A DNA stretch of 64,000 nucleotides, from contig CM069147.1 in assembly GCA_035221665.1 (NCBI GenBank), forward strand, positions 14,508,001 through 14,572,000, written 5' to 3'. The notes below the pieces were generated by a model that had not been told where the DNA came from, did not search any database, and saw nothing but the letters and a program-made list of their open reading frames with translations. Origin of the DNA: Okamejei kenojei (Eukaryota). Numbering within the stretch: position 1 is the first letter of the stretch; the number at the start of each line of letters is the position of its first letter. Below are positions 22,616-35,199 of this stretch, one piece after another. Position numbers and translations under genes: made by a program.

Positions 22616-23377
22616 TTTAAATGGTGGCCGATTAGGAAAAGGGAGATGCAGCGAGACCTGGGTGTCATGGTACACCAGTCATTGAAAGTAGGCATGCAGG
22701 TGCAGCAGGCAGTGAAAAAAGCGAATGGTATGTTAGCTTTCATAGCAAAAGGATTTGAGTACAGGAGCAGGGAGGTTCTACTTCAGTTGTACAGGGTCTT
22801 GGTGAGACCACACCTGGAGTATTGCGTGCAGTTTTGGTCTCCAAATCTGAGGAAGGACATTATTGCCATAGAGGGAGTGCAGAGAAGGTTCACCAGACTG
22901 ATTCCTGGGATGTCAGGACTGTCTTATGAAGAAAGACTGGATAGACTTGGTTTATACTCTCTGGAATTTAGGAGATTAAGAGGGGATCTTATAGAAACTT
23001 ACAAAATTCTTAAGGGGTTGGACAGGCTAGATGCAGGAAGATTGTTCCCGATGTTGGGGAAGTCCAGGACAAGGGGTCACAGCTTAAGGATAAGGGGGAA
23101 ATCCTTTAAGACCGAGATGAGAAAGACTTTCTTCACACAGAGAGTGGTGAGTCTCTGGAACTCTCTGCCACAGAGGGTAGTTGAGGCCAGTTCATTGGCT
23201 ATATTTAAGAGTGAGTTGGATGTGGCCCTTGTGGCTAAGGGGATCAGAGGGTATGGAGAGAAGGCAGGTACGGGATACTGAGTTGGATGATCAGCCATGA
23301 TCATATTGAATGGCGGTGCAGGCTCGAAGGGCTGAATGGCCTACTCCTGCACCTAATTTCTATGTTTCTATGTTTCT
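22616..23377 (+). mobile_element. CR1/HER1 LINE, 5'-truncated, very young, with TSD agaatttca
   Basis: ORF2 C-terminus; (tttctatg)n tail; agaatttca at 22607-22615 and 23378-23386. Confidence 0.95.
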
Positions 23378-23524
23378 AGAATTTCACAACTCAAACTGTA
23401 TATGAGCAGCCTGGTCATCAAACTGTAGAAGAAAGTCTACAGTCCGGAAAAGGAAAAGTAGCCAACCTCATCAAAAATAAGGCAGGTAAACTATTTTATT
23501 CATGTGAACAAGAAAAAAAAAGGA

Positions 23525-23700
23525 AGCACAGTGGTGCAGCGGTAGAGTTGCTGCCTTACAGCTCCAGAGAGCCAGATTTGATCCAAACCACGGGTGCTTT
23601 CTGTACGGAGTTTGTATGTTCTCCATGTGACTTGCTTGGGCTTTTTCAGGGTGCTCCAGTTTCCTCCCACACGCCAGAGATGTATGGGTTTGTAGCATTG
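23525..23700 (+). mobile_element. HE1/V-SINE, 5' part
   Basis: gcacagtggtgcagcggtagagttgctgccttacagc. Confidence 0.75.
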
Positions 23701-23828
23701 ACGGCTTCAGGCAGCGCTGACGGCACGTGGATAGAAACATAGAAACATAGAAATTAGGTGCAGGAGTAGGCCATTCAGCCCTTCGAGCCTGCACCGCCAT
23801 TCAATATGATCATGGCTGATCATCCAAC

Positions 23829-26809
23829 TCAGTATCCCGTACCTGCCTTCTCTCCATACCCTCTGATCCCCTTAGCCACAAGGGCCACATCCAACTCACT
23901 CTTAAATATAGCCAATGAACTGGCCTCAACTACCCTCTGTGGCAGAGAGTTCCAGAGACTCACCACTCTCTGTGTGAAGAAAGTCTTTCTCATCTCGGTC
24001 TTAAAGGATTTCCCCCTTATCCTTAAGCTGTGACCCCTTGTCCTGGACTTCCCCAACATCGGGAACAATCTTCCTGCATCTAGCCTGTCCAACCCTTAAG
24101 AATTTTGTAAGTTTCTATAAGATCCCCTCTTAATCTCCTAAATTCCAGAGAGTATAAACCGAGTCTATCCAGTCTTTCTTCATAAGACAGTCCTGACATC
24201 CCAGGAATCAGTCTGGTGAACCTTCTCTGCACTCCCTCTATGGCAATAATGTCCTTCCTCAGATTTGGAGACCAAAACTGCACGCAATACTCCAGGTGTG
24301 GTCTCACCAAGACCCTGTACAACTGAAGTAGAACCTCCCTGCTCCTGTACTCAAATCCTTTTGCTATGAAAGCTAACATACCATTCGCTTTTTTCACTGC
24401 CTGCTGCACCTGCATGCCTACTTTCAATGACTGGTGTACCATGACACCCAGGTCTCGCTGCATCTCCCCTTTTCCTAATCGGCCACCATTCAAATAATAG
24501 TCTGCTTTCCTGTTTTTGCCACCAAAGTGGATAACCTCACATTTATCCACATTATACTGCATCTGCCAAACATTTGCCCACTCACCCAGCCTATCCAAGT
24601 CACCTTGCAGTCTCCTAGCATCCTCCTCACAGCGAACACTGCCCCCCAGCTTAGTGTCATCCGCAAACTTGGAGATATTGCCTTCAATTCCCTCATCCAG
24701 ATCATTAATATATATTGTAAATAGCTGGGGTCCCAGCACTGAGCCCTGCGGTACCCCACTAGTTACTGCCTGCCATTGTGAAAAGGACCCGTTTACTCCT
24801 ACTCTTTGCTTCCTGTTTGCCAGCCAGTTCTCTATCCACATCAATACTGAACCCCTAATACCGTATGCTTTAAGTTTGTATACTAATCTCTTATGTGGGA
24901 CCTTGTCGAAAGCCTTCTGGAAGTCCAGATATACCACATCCACTGGTTCTCCCTTATCCACGCTACTAGTTACATCCTCGAAAAATTCCACAAGATTCGT
25001 CAGACATGATTTACCTTTCGTAAATCCATGCTGACTTTGTCCAATGATTTCACCACTTTCCAAATGTGCTGCTATCCCATCTTTAATAACTGACTCTAGC
25101 AGTTTCCCCACTACCGATGTTAGACTAACTGGTCTGTAATTCCCCGTTTTCTCTCTCCCTCCCTTCTTAAAAAGAGGGGTTACATTTGCTACCCGCCAAT
25201 CCTCAGGAACTACTCCAGAATCTAAAGAGTTTTGAAAGATTATCACTAATGCATCCACTATTTCCTGAGCTACTTCCTTAAGTACTCTGGGATGCAGCCT
25301 ATCTGGCCCTGGGGATTTATCGGCCTTTAATCTATTCAATTTACCCAACACCACTTCCCGACTGACCTGGATTTCACTCAATTCCTCCTTTGACCCACAG
25401 TCCCCTGCTATTTCAGGCAGATTATTTATGTCTTCCTTAGTGAAGACGGAACCAAAGTAGTTATTCAATTGGTCCGCCATATCCTTGTTCCCATGATCAA
25501 CTCACCTGTTTCTGACTGCAAGGGACCTACATTTGTTTTTAACTAACCTCTTTCTCTTCACATATCTATAAAAACTTTTGCAGTCAGTTTTTATGTTCCC
25601 TGCCAGTTTTCTTTCATAATCTATTTTTCCTTTCCTAATTAAGCCCTTTGTCCTCCTCTGCTGGTCTCTGAATTTCTCCCAGTCCTCTGGTATGCTGCTT
25701 TTTCTGGCTACTTTGTACGCATCATCCTTTGCTTTGATACTATCCCTGATTTCCCTTGTTATCCACGGATGCACTACCTTCCCCGATTTATTCTTTTGCC
25801 AAACTGGGATGAACAATTTTTGTAGTTCATCCATGCAGTCTTTAAATGTCTTCCATTGTATATCCACCGTCAACCCTTTTAGAATTAATTGCCAGTCAAT
25901 CTTGGCCAATTCACGTCTCATACCCTCAAAGTTACCTTTCTTTAAGTTCAGAACCATTGTTTCTGAATTAACAATGTCACTCTCCATCCTAATGAAGAAC
26001 TCAACCATATTATGGTCACTCTTGCCCAAGGGGGCACGTACAACAAGACGGCTAATTACCCCTTCCTCATTACTCAAAACCCAGTCTAAAATAGCCGGCT
26101 CTCTCGTTGGTTCCTGTACATGTTGATTTAGATAACTATCCCCGCATACATTCCAAAAAATCCTCTTCCTCAGCACCCCTGCCAATTTGATTAACCCAAT
26201 CTATATGTAGATTGAAGTCACCCATTATAACTGTTTTGCCTTTGTCGCACGCATTTCTAATTTCCTGTTTGATACCATCCCCAACTTCTCTGCTACTGTT
26301 AGGTGGCCTGTACACAACACACCCACCAGCGTTTTCTGCCCCTTAGTGTTTTGTAGCTCTACCCATACCGATTCCACATCCTCCAAGCTAATGTCCTTCC
26401 TTTCCATTGCTTTAATCTCCTCTCTAACCAGCAACGCTACCCCACCTCCTTTTCCTTTCTCTCTATCCCTCCTGAATATTGAATATCCCTGGATGTTCAG
26501 CTCCCAGCCTACGTCACCCTGGAGCCATGTCTCCGTGATCCCAACTATATCATAATCATTAATATCTATCTGCACGTTCAACTCGTCCACCTTATTACGA
26601 ATACTCCTTGCATTGAGACACAAAGCCTTCAGGCTTGTCTTTACAACGCATTTACCCCTTATACAATTTTGCTGAAAAGTGGCCCTTTTTGATTTTTGCC
26701 CTGGTTTTGTCTGCCTGCCACTTTTACCTTTCACCTTGCTACCTAATGCTTCTACCCTCATTTTACACCCTCCTGCCTCTCTGCTCTTGTACCCATCCCC
26801 CTGCCACAT
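23829..26809 (-). CDS. CR1 ORF2 (APE endonuclease plus RT), split by several frameshifts
   Basis: LNARSIRNK, GITETWL, SDHN, NYRPVSL, GVPQGSVLGP and FADD across ORFs 26225..26809, 25502..26185, 24080..25480 and 23829..24092. Confidence 0.9.
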
Positions 26810-26813
26810 TAGT

Positions 26814-27755
26814 TTAAATCCTCCCCGACAGCACTAGCAAACACTCCCCAAGAACATTGGTTCCATTCCATTCCAGGTGCAAACCGTCCTGTTTGTACCG
26901 GTCCCACCTCCCCCAGAACTGGTCCCAGTGCCCTAAAAATTTGAATCCCTCCTTCTTGCACCACTTTTCAAGCCACGTATTCATTTGCATTATCCTCCTA
27001 TTTCTACTCTGACTGGCCCGTGGTACTGGTAGTAATCCGGAGATTACTACCTTTGAGGTCCTACTTTTAAGTTTATCTCCTAGCTCCCTAAATTCACCTT
27101 GTAGGACCTCATCCCTTTTTTTACCTATATCGTTGGTGCCAACATGCACCACGACAACTGGCTGTTCACCCTCCCCCTCCAGAATGTTCTGCAGCCGTTC
27201 AGTGACATCCCTGACCTTTGCACCAGGGAGGCAACATACCATCCTGGAGTCTCGTTTGCGGCCGCAGAAACGCCTATCTATTCCCCTGACAATTGAATCC
27301 CCTATTACTATTGCCCTTCCCCTCTTTTTTCCCCCCTCATGTGCTGCAGAGCCACCCATGGTGCCATGAACCTGGCTGCTGCTGCATTCCCCTGATGAGC
27401 CATCTCCCTCAACAGTATCCAAAATGGTATACCTGTTTAGGAGGGAGATGACCGCAGGGGACTCCTGCACTACCTGCCTACTGCTTTGCTGGCTATTGGC
27501 CACCCGTTCCCTTCTTGTCCTCCTACCTTTTGCCTGCGGTGTGACCAACTCACTGTACGTGCTATCCACGACTTTCTCCGCATCGTGGATGCTCCAGTAT
27601 GAATCCAGCCGCAGTTCCAATCGTTCAATGCGATCTGCCAGGAGCTGCAGCTGGACACACTTCCTGCAAACGTAGTCACCAGGGACACCGACCATCTCCC
27701 TGATCTCCCACATGTTGCAGGCTGAACAAACCATGGGGCCAATCTCTACTGCCAT
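26814..27755 (-). CDS. CR1 ORF1 (N-terminal CxxC...CxxC zinc finger, coiled coil, SGNH/GDSL esterase domain)
   Basis: CSAC...CRKC; VIGDSIVRG; HVGTND; DGLHL. Confidence 0.92.
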   Translation of the reverse strand: MAVEIGPMVCSACNMWEIREMVGVPGDYVCRKCVQLQLLADRIERLELRLDSYWSIHDAEKVVDSTYSELVTPQAKGRRTRRERVANSQQSSRQVVQESPAVISLLNRYTILDTVEGDGSSGECSSSQVHGTMGGSAAHEGGKKRGRAIVIGDSIVRGIDRRFCGRKRDSRMVCCLPGAKVRDVTERLQNILEGEGEQPVVVVHVGTNDIGKKRDEVLQGEFRELGDKLKSRTSKVVISGLLPVPRASQSRNRRIMQMNTWLEKWCKKEGFKFLGHWDQFWGRWDRYKQDGLHLEWNGTNVLGECLLVLSGRI

Positions 27756-27998
27756 ACCTTACTCCCAAATTACTAAAAAAAAACACAAAAACTTATCCTT
27801 TAAACTTTACTACTAAATACTAAATCCCTAACTCCCAGAATCCCTCACTCCCAGAAGGCAGAAATGTAAAATAGTAAACCCGGGGTTGCACCCAATCAGC
27901 TGCTTCCTCGGGTCCTCTTCCACCAATCAGCGGCCTTCCTCAAAAAAAACCCAAAAAAAAACCCACTTCTCCAAATGGAACGTTATGGATTTGGGTAA

Positions 27999-28192
27999 GC
28001 CTCTGGAAACACAAGCCCCGCGCTAGATTTTAAACCTACCGGTCGGGTGTCGCTCCTCCCCCTCCTTCACTTCCTCCAACGGCTCCTGTGGGCCTCTGAA
28101 AACACAAGCCCCGCGCTAGATTTTAAACCTACCGGTCGGGTGTCGCTCCTCCCCCTCCTTCACTTCCTCCAACGGCTCCTGTGGGCCTCTGA
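27999..28192 (-). promoter_or_regulatory. 93-bp tandem monomer (about 2 copies) at the CR1 5' end, putative internal promoter
   Basis: Units start at 27999, 28092 and 28185; CpG-rich; GGAAGTG (ETS-like) on the minus strand. Confidence 0.6.
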
Positions 28193-31100
28193 CGGCACGT
28201 GGGTTGCACAGAGCTTCCCTTGTTACAAGCGCTGCGGATGAAAGGCATGGAGAATTATGTCTACCTAAGAGATCGATCTCTTACATAGGCATAATTCTCC
28301 CATGCCTTTACTATTTATATTTAGTTATTACCATGTTATAATTTTAGTCAGGGTAGGCAGTGCCTGGTTTGTAGGTTAATTGGCTTTGGTAAAAATTGAT
28401 AAAATGTCCTCGTGTATAGGATAGTGCTGGTGTATGGAGTGATGGACTCGGTGGGCTGAAGGCGTTTCTGTGCTGTATCACAAAAGTCTGAAGAATAAAA
28501 GATTGATTTCATCATATATCGTTGCATGAGTTCTTGACTACCATTTAATGTGCTCAAATAATCAATGGGGAAAAGATCCCATTGATAAGCAGATCAGAGT
28601 TGGTCTTGGCATCATGTTTGGCATAGACATTGTGGGCCAAAGGGTCTATCCCTGTGCTGTACTGTTCTATCTTCTAGGTAATCATGCAGTTAATTTTAAG
28701 TGGACCAGACATTCCAATGGGACAGCTATGCTTCATATAATCCAAATGAGGAATATATTCTTTTCCGTACGTCACAGAGACTGCTTTCTTAGATTTTAAG
28801 CTTAAACTGCACCCACAGAATTTCTTCATGGGCTTCATTAAGAACTTTGGGAAAAATGCAGCCACTGGCCATATGATACATTTGAATGCAGAATGTTGTG
28901 GAATGGACAAATGTGTATATCTGTTGCACTCTCACTTTCCTATACAGAGATCAGAGTCCTTTGAGATTTATATTACTTATCCTGTTCATAAACCTAGCCT
29001 GAATTTCAAACTTAATCCCAATTAGGTTCAACTATTGTGAGAGTTGGGGTGGTCTCAGTGAGCCGAAGGGCCTGTTTCTATGCTGTATCTCTAAACCTCA
29101 CTAAACTAACCTGTTTTGACTCACAACAACACAATAATGATGAAAAGATGAAAAGTGGTTGAAATATGGCAAAAATTGGCAATAATTTAGGGTCAGAGAA
29201 TCAAAGGTACATTAGTTAGCTATTATTGTTATATCCGTCCCTTAAAGTTAAACATTGGAACAACCAACAGAATGACAGGCATGAATCAAATATATATTGT
29301 ATTGTCTCATATACCTAGGTAGAGTGAAATGCTTTGTTTTGCATACAAAAATGGCTATGACAATTCTTAAATCATTTAATGGTGTTGTTGGTCTTGAAAG
29401 GCCGGGTAGACTCATCAGCTGCCACCATATGGTGGAATCTGGAAGAAATTAATAGGAATGTGGATAGAATAAAATGTGATTACTGTAGTATTTGCTTGAG
29501 AATTGCCAAGGACACAGGGGGTCAAAGGGCCTGCTTTCATGCGGTACGCCTCCTTGATAGATCAGAACTTCTACATTCAGCAGACGTAAGTTATCAATTT
29601 GGAATTCAGGACAAAGTTTTGGTCAAGACCGCCTGAGCCATGTACTTTCTGACTCAGAAAGCCGACCACGGAGCCATGGCTTTGAAGCAACATTAGTTTG
29701 TCTGCTTAGAAATCTGATGGTGAAGCCACTACCTAGTGGTTCAGAAAGAAGTTAGCAAGTATGACGTTAGGTCTGCGCTGCAAGCTGATATTGCGCAGGG
29801 AAACAGGAGAAGGAATAAAGAACAGTGCCCCAAACTCAACAAATGGATGCACCTGAAATTAAGCTATCAGCACGCTAATCTTGACCTGCTTTGGCTGTGA
29901 AGAAGTGGTAGTATTCAAGCTTCAGTTGGAAAACAGGGGCTTTATTTCCATTCTCGAAACTTGAGCTCCGAACCTATGCCATGAGCACTCAGAGCTGATC
30001 ACTTTTCTGATGGGAACTATTCTGGACTCTGCCAACCTGTGAGATGGACTTAAAAAATTTATTTGGATCATTTAAAAAAAAACGGTATTAGGATGGTACT
30101 TTGTTTAGTAATTTCTGTGTTCTGGATATTACTTATATTGCATCCAATATCGCTAAAAAAAGTGGATTATCTGGTTCTTTTCACTTTGTTTGTGATCCCT
30201 TTCTGTCCACAAATTGACTACTACATACAATAATAACCACAGTTGGAAAGTACTTTACTCTGTGTAAGTCATCCAGAGAATGTACAAAGTTCATTATTTT
30301 ATAATGCATTATTGTATGCAAGTCAGTATTTACACTCTTAAATTGCAACGCACCATGCATACTCTCTGGGTGGAGGTAACAAAGAGAATGCCAACTTCTA
30401 ATGCCAATTGTAAGTGGCAAAGGTATTTAAGTCAAGTTAAACCTGACTGAAGGTCGATATTTTACCTAGAGAGAAATATTCACTTCTCTGCCTTCAGCGA
30501 CACCATCTCTGTGTTGGAATATTAGTCAATTACATTTTGCATGCGGAGGTATTTGAATGTTGTTGGGTAGAGAGTAGGAGAAATGATCAATGCACATACA
30601 TTTCACAACTCCTTGGCCATTTTCCATAATTCTATACTATAGAAAATGAATAATTTGCTGACTGCAAACCAACCAAAATTCCAGGTATATTACAAATGGA
30701 AAATGCAACGACTCACTTCAACAGAAAATAAAACGTATTCAATAATTACTGGTGAACCTAATGTAAACAGGCATCATTATCATACCTCAGCCCATAAAAA
30801 ATATCAAAGCAATAATAGGTCATTCAGCCCTGACACCTGCTCAACAATTCAATAAAGCCATGGCTTGTCTTTTATATCAGCTTCACTTTCCTTTACAGTA
30901 CAACCATAGGAACCAGAAGGACAACTTTTTCCTGACAGAGGGTGATAGGTATATGGAATGAACTGCTAGAGGAAGTGATTGAGGTAGGTACAATAACAAC
31001 ATATTCTTGACACAGATAGACACAAAATGCTGGAGTAACTCAGCGGCATTTAGTTGGTATCTCACTTGGTATTTTTGGTTCTTTCCCTTGCAGATAATCA

Positions 31101-31527
31101 AACCGATAATTTAAATCATAGCTAGTCTCCAGCGGAAAGTTGGTGCACAATTTTTTTGTTTCACTTTGTTCTGAAAGTACTTGGGTCAGTTCCACCAAAA
31201 TATTTAGTATCCCAAAAATAAATCTTAAGAAAAAAACTCAATGGGGAAAATCAAAGACATTCTATTTTATAATATATCTTTGGATTTATATTTTCAAAGG
31301 AGGGAGTTGATTATTCAAATTATGATTTCTAGCTGTCAAACTATTACATTTGCAAGCCCATTTGTCCTTTTGAGTAAACATGGAAACAGGATTCTCTGGT
31401 GTCCCGACCAATGTACATCCAACAGTCAAAAGAAGTATCTAGCGATGACCTATCTAGAAGTATGGCCTACTCCTGCACCTATTGTTGATCTTCCTGTTTG
31501 TGGAAGCTTACTTATACCGTAAGACAA

Positions 31528-32040
31528 CATGGGATAATAATAGAATATTGACTGGCCTTGAGGGGGATACGACATATATTGCCTGAAGTAGATTCATATT
31601 GCCCGAGTCGAAGACGAGGGCAATATGGATCTAGTGAGGGCAATATATGTTGTATCTCCCGAAAGAGGACAGTCAATATTGTTATTATTACCCATATCAG
31701 ACATCTAGAGGAAAATCTGAACATCTCAGCTCGGCGGACTTCCACGTAAAATTTAACCAAAATGGACGCGGCAGTCTTCCTGTCTGCCGTTTGAATATTC
31801 TAAATTTCCCACGCAGCGTCACGTTGCCGTCACGTTGCCAAGTTCCCGGATGTGAGACCAAGGGAATATAAGACTATATTCCCCGCTGTTTTAACAGGTA
31901 AAGTCCATAGGCGTTCGCAAGAAAGGGGAATACAAGAAAATATTGCCCTGTTACCCCTGCTGGCAGTAAAAACGAAGGGAATACAATTTTGTAAAAGCAT
32001 ACCTCAGATGTGTGATATGGGTAATAATAGACAATATTTA
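31528..32040. mobile_element. Crypton/Eulor-like non-autonomous hairpin element
   Basis: ~150-bp hairpin centred on cccgagtcgaagacgaggg; second inverted repeat 31675-31711 / 32002-32038; no TSD seen. Confidence 0.55.
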
Positions 32041-32599
32041 TCATCATTATTAATTATTAGTAACATGCTGCAGCTGAATGATCAATAAGGACAAATAATT
32101 AAACCTCTTATTTTTAAACACTTTTTCTCTGTTTTCTATTCATTCCTACATCTTTGAACCACCAGACTATTTATTTTCATGAATGTCTTTCCATTTCTAT
32201 TCATTATTCCTGTAAAGAACAATCACACACACTACATTCCAAGATATGTAGCCCCTTCCTTATTCTCAATGGGGAGAATAGAGTGTTCAAAACCTTTCCT
32301 TAAGCAAATCACCTATCCCTGGCATTCACCATTAATGCACCACCTTCCAATAAATTCATTGGGTAGAGCTTGAAGTTGTGTGTTTGTGCAAACTTAGTCA
32401 AAGCAAGGCAGCGATGTGTCTATTTTATCCCAATTATCATTTCCATTGAATCTACAGAAACAGAATTCTAGATACATTCACTGTTGCAGAAAGTCAAAAC
32501 ATCTCCATAAAAGGTGGATGAAGTTCCAAGGTAATCGCTCCATCTGAAACAGACTCATGTAGTATTCAGGTTCAAACCCAAAGTGATGGAGGAACCCAC

Positions 32600-34567
32600 A
32601 TTTAGTTTTTTAGTTTAGAGATATAAACTAAACATGAACCAGCAATCACACACTAGGGACAATTTTACATTGATACCAAGCCAATTAACCTACAAACCTG
32701 TACGTACATAAGGAAGACATAAATAATCTGCCGGAAATAGCAGGGGACCGCGGGTCAAAGGAGGAATTGAGTGAAATCCAGGTTAGTCGGGAAGTGGTGT
32801 TGGGTAAATTGAATAGATTAAAGGCCGATAAATCCCCAGGGCCAGATAGGCAGCATCCCAGAGTACTTAAGGAAGTAGCTCCGGAAATAGTGGATGCATT
32901 AGTGATAATCTTTCAAAACTCTTTAGATTCTGGAGTAGTTCCTGAGGTTTGGAGGGTAGCAAACGTAACCCCTCTTTTTAAGAAGGGAGGGAGAGAGAAA
33001 ACGGGGAATTACAGACCAGTTAGTCTAACATCGGTAGTAGGGAAACTGCTAGAGTCAGTTATTAAAGATGGGATAGCAGCACATTTGGAAAGTGGTGAAA
33101 TCATTGGACAAAGTCAGCATGGATTTACGAAAGGTAAATCATGTCTGACTAATTTTGTGGAATTTTTCGAGGATGTAACTAGTAGCGTGGATAGGGGAGA
33201 ACCAGTGGATGTGGTGTATCTGGATTTCCAGAAGGCTTTCGACAAGGTCCACCATAAGAGATTAGTATACAAACTTAAAGCATACGGTATTGGGGGTTCA
33301 GTATTGGTGTGGATAGAAAACTGGCTGGCAAACAGGAAGCAAAGAGTAGGAGTAAACGGGTCCTTTTCACAATGGCAGGCAGTGACTAGTGGGGTACCGC
33401 AAGGCTCAGTGCTGGGACCCAGCTATTTACAATATATATTAATGATCTGGATGAGGGAATTGAAGGCAATATCTCCAAGTTTGCGGATGACACTAAGCTG
33501 GGGGGCAGTGTTAGCTGTGAGGAGGATGCTAGGAGACTGCAAGGTGACTTGGATAGGCTGGGTGAGTGGGCAAGTGTTTGGCAGATGCAGTATAATGTGG
33601 ATAAATGTGAGGTTATCCACTTTGGTGGCAAAAACAGGAAAGCAGACTATTATCTAAATGGTGGCCGATTAGGAAAAGGGGAGATGCAGCGAGACCTGGG
33701 TGTCATGGTACACCAGTCATTGAAAGAAGGCATGCAGGTGCAGCAGGCAGTGAAGAAAGAGAATGGTATGTTAGCTTTCATAGCAAAAGGATTTGAGTAT
33801 AGGAGCAGGGAGGTTCTACTTCAGTTGTACAGGGTCTTGGTGAGACCGCACCTGGAGTATTGCGTACAGGTTTGGTCTCCAAATCTGAGGAAGGACATTA
33901 TTGCCATAGAGGGAGTGCAGAGAAGGTTCATCAGACTGATTCCTGGGATGTCAGGACTGTCTTATGAAGAAAGACTGGATAGACTCGGTTTATACTCTCA
34001 AGAATTTAGGAGATTGAGAGGGGATCTTATAGAAACTTACAAAATTCTTAAGGGGTTGGACAGGCTAGATGCAGGAAGATTGTTCCCGATGTTGGGGAAG
34101 TCCAGGACAAGGGGTCACAGCTTAAGGATAAGTGGGAAATCCTTTAAGACCAAGATGAAAAAGACTTTTTTCACACAGAGAGTGGTGAGTCTCTGGAACT
34201 CTCTGCCACAGAGGGTACTTGAGGCCAGTTCATTGGCTATATTTAATAGGGAGTTAGATGTGGCCCTTGTGGCTAAGGGGAGAAGGCAGGTACGGGATAC
34301 TGAGTTGGATGATCAGCCATGATCATATTGAATGGCGGTGCTGGCTCGAAGGGCCGAATGGCCTACTCCTGCACCTAATTTCTATGTTTCTATTTCTTTG
34401 GAGTGTGGGAGTTAACCGAAAATCTCGGAGAAAACCCACATGGTCACAGGGAAAATGTACAAACTCCGTACAGACAGCACACGTAGTTGGGATCGAACCA
34501 GGGTCTCTGCGCTGTAGGCTCTGTACGTCAACTCTAACAACTCTACTGCTGCGCCACCGTGCTGCCC
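32600..34567 (-). mobile_element. HE1/V-SINE split by a CR1 insertion (32600-32705 and ~34394-34567)
   Basis: acaaacctgtacgt | CR1 | ctttggagtgtggg rejoins the SINE consensus. Confidence 0.8.
32706..34393 (+). mobile_element. CR1/HER1 LINE, 5'-truncated (ORFs 32767..33657 and 33549..34322)
   Basis: RT motifs, one frameshift, small 3' deletion, tttctatg tail. Confidence 0.95.
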
Positions 34568-35199
34568 CGTGTCAGGCAGTGTCTGAGGAGGGAATGAATA
34601 GGCGATGTCAGGTTGGGACCTTTCAACTATGCATATTATTGCCAAAGGTTATTCAAGCCCATAAACAGCAGTGTGTTAGCTTGTGTTACATTGCAGTGTA
34701 CAAACAGGACCTAAAGATGGCAGAGAGAGATGTTGTTTCATGTTCCACTAACACAAAATCATTCCAGAGTCAGCTGTTCGCTGAGTAAAGATATTTATCC
34801 TGGTTTTCTAAAGTAAACACTGTATTCAACCCTATTACATTTATAAGTACGATTTCAAGCACTGGCCATCTGATGGTAGCTAGCAACTAGAATGGGAATA
34901 ATGTACAAACCCAAAAGAAACAACTTGGCAATAGATACTTTAAAACGTTGTACTCCATCATCAGTCAAACCTCAGCAGTTATTATTTTGTGTGGATTTGT
35001 TTGTAGAGGAGTATCACAATTAAAAGTCCCTGTTTTTCATGATGATATACAATGTAATTTAGACTACAAAGTAACAGCATGTTTCCCGCCTCAGGGCACA
35101 AGTTAAATTGCTCAAGAAGTATTTAAAGCAGCATTTAGTTTGGGAACATAGTCCCACCACAACTTTTTTCCCATGAAAGTCTTCCTAGCCAGTCCCTTG

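Larger units (their letters stand above)
23731..28188 (-). mobile_element. Near-full-length CR1/HER1 LINE with TSD
   Basis: 5' monomers, ORF1, EN-RT ORF2, (tttctatg)n tail; ctgacggcacgtgg at 23717-23730 and 28189-28202. Confidence 0.95.

Noticed and set aside
22517-22640. Novel N-terminus fused to CR1 ORF2 (ORF 22517..23281)
   Set aside because: Chance read-through from flanking DNA into a truncated LINE across a homopolymer indel.
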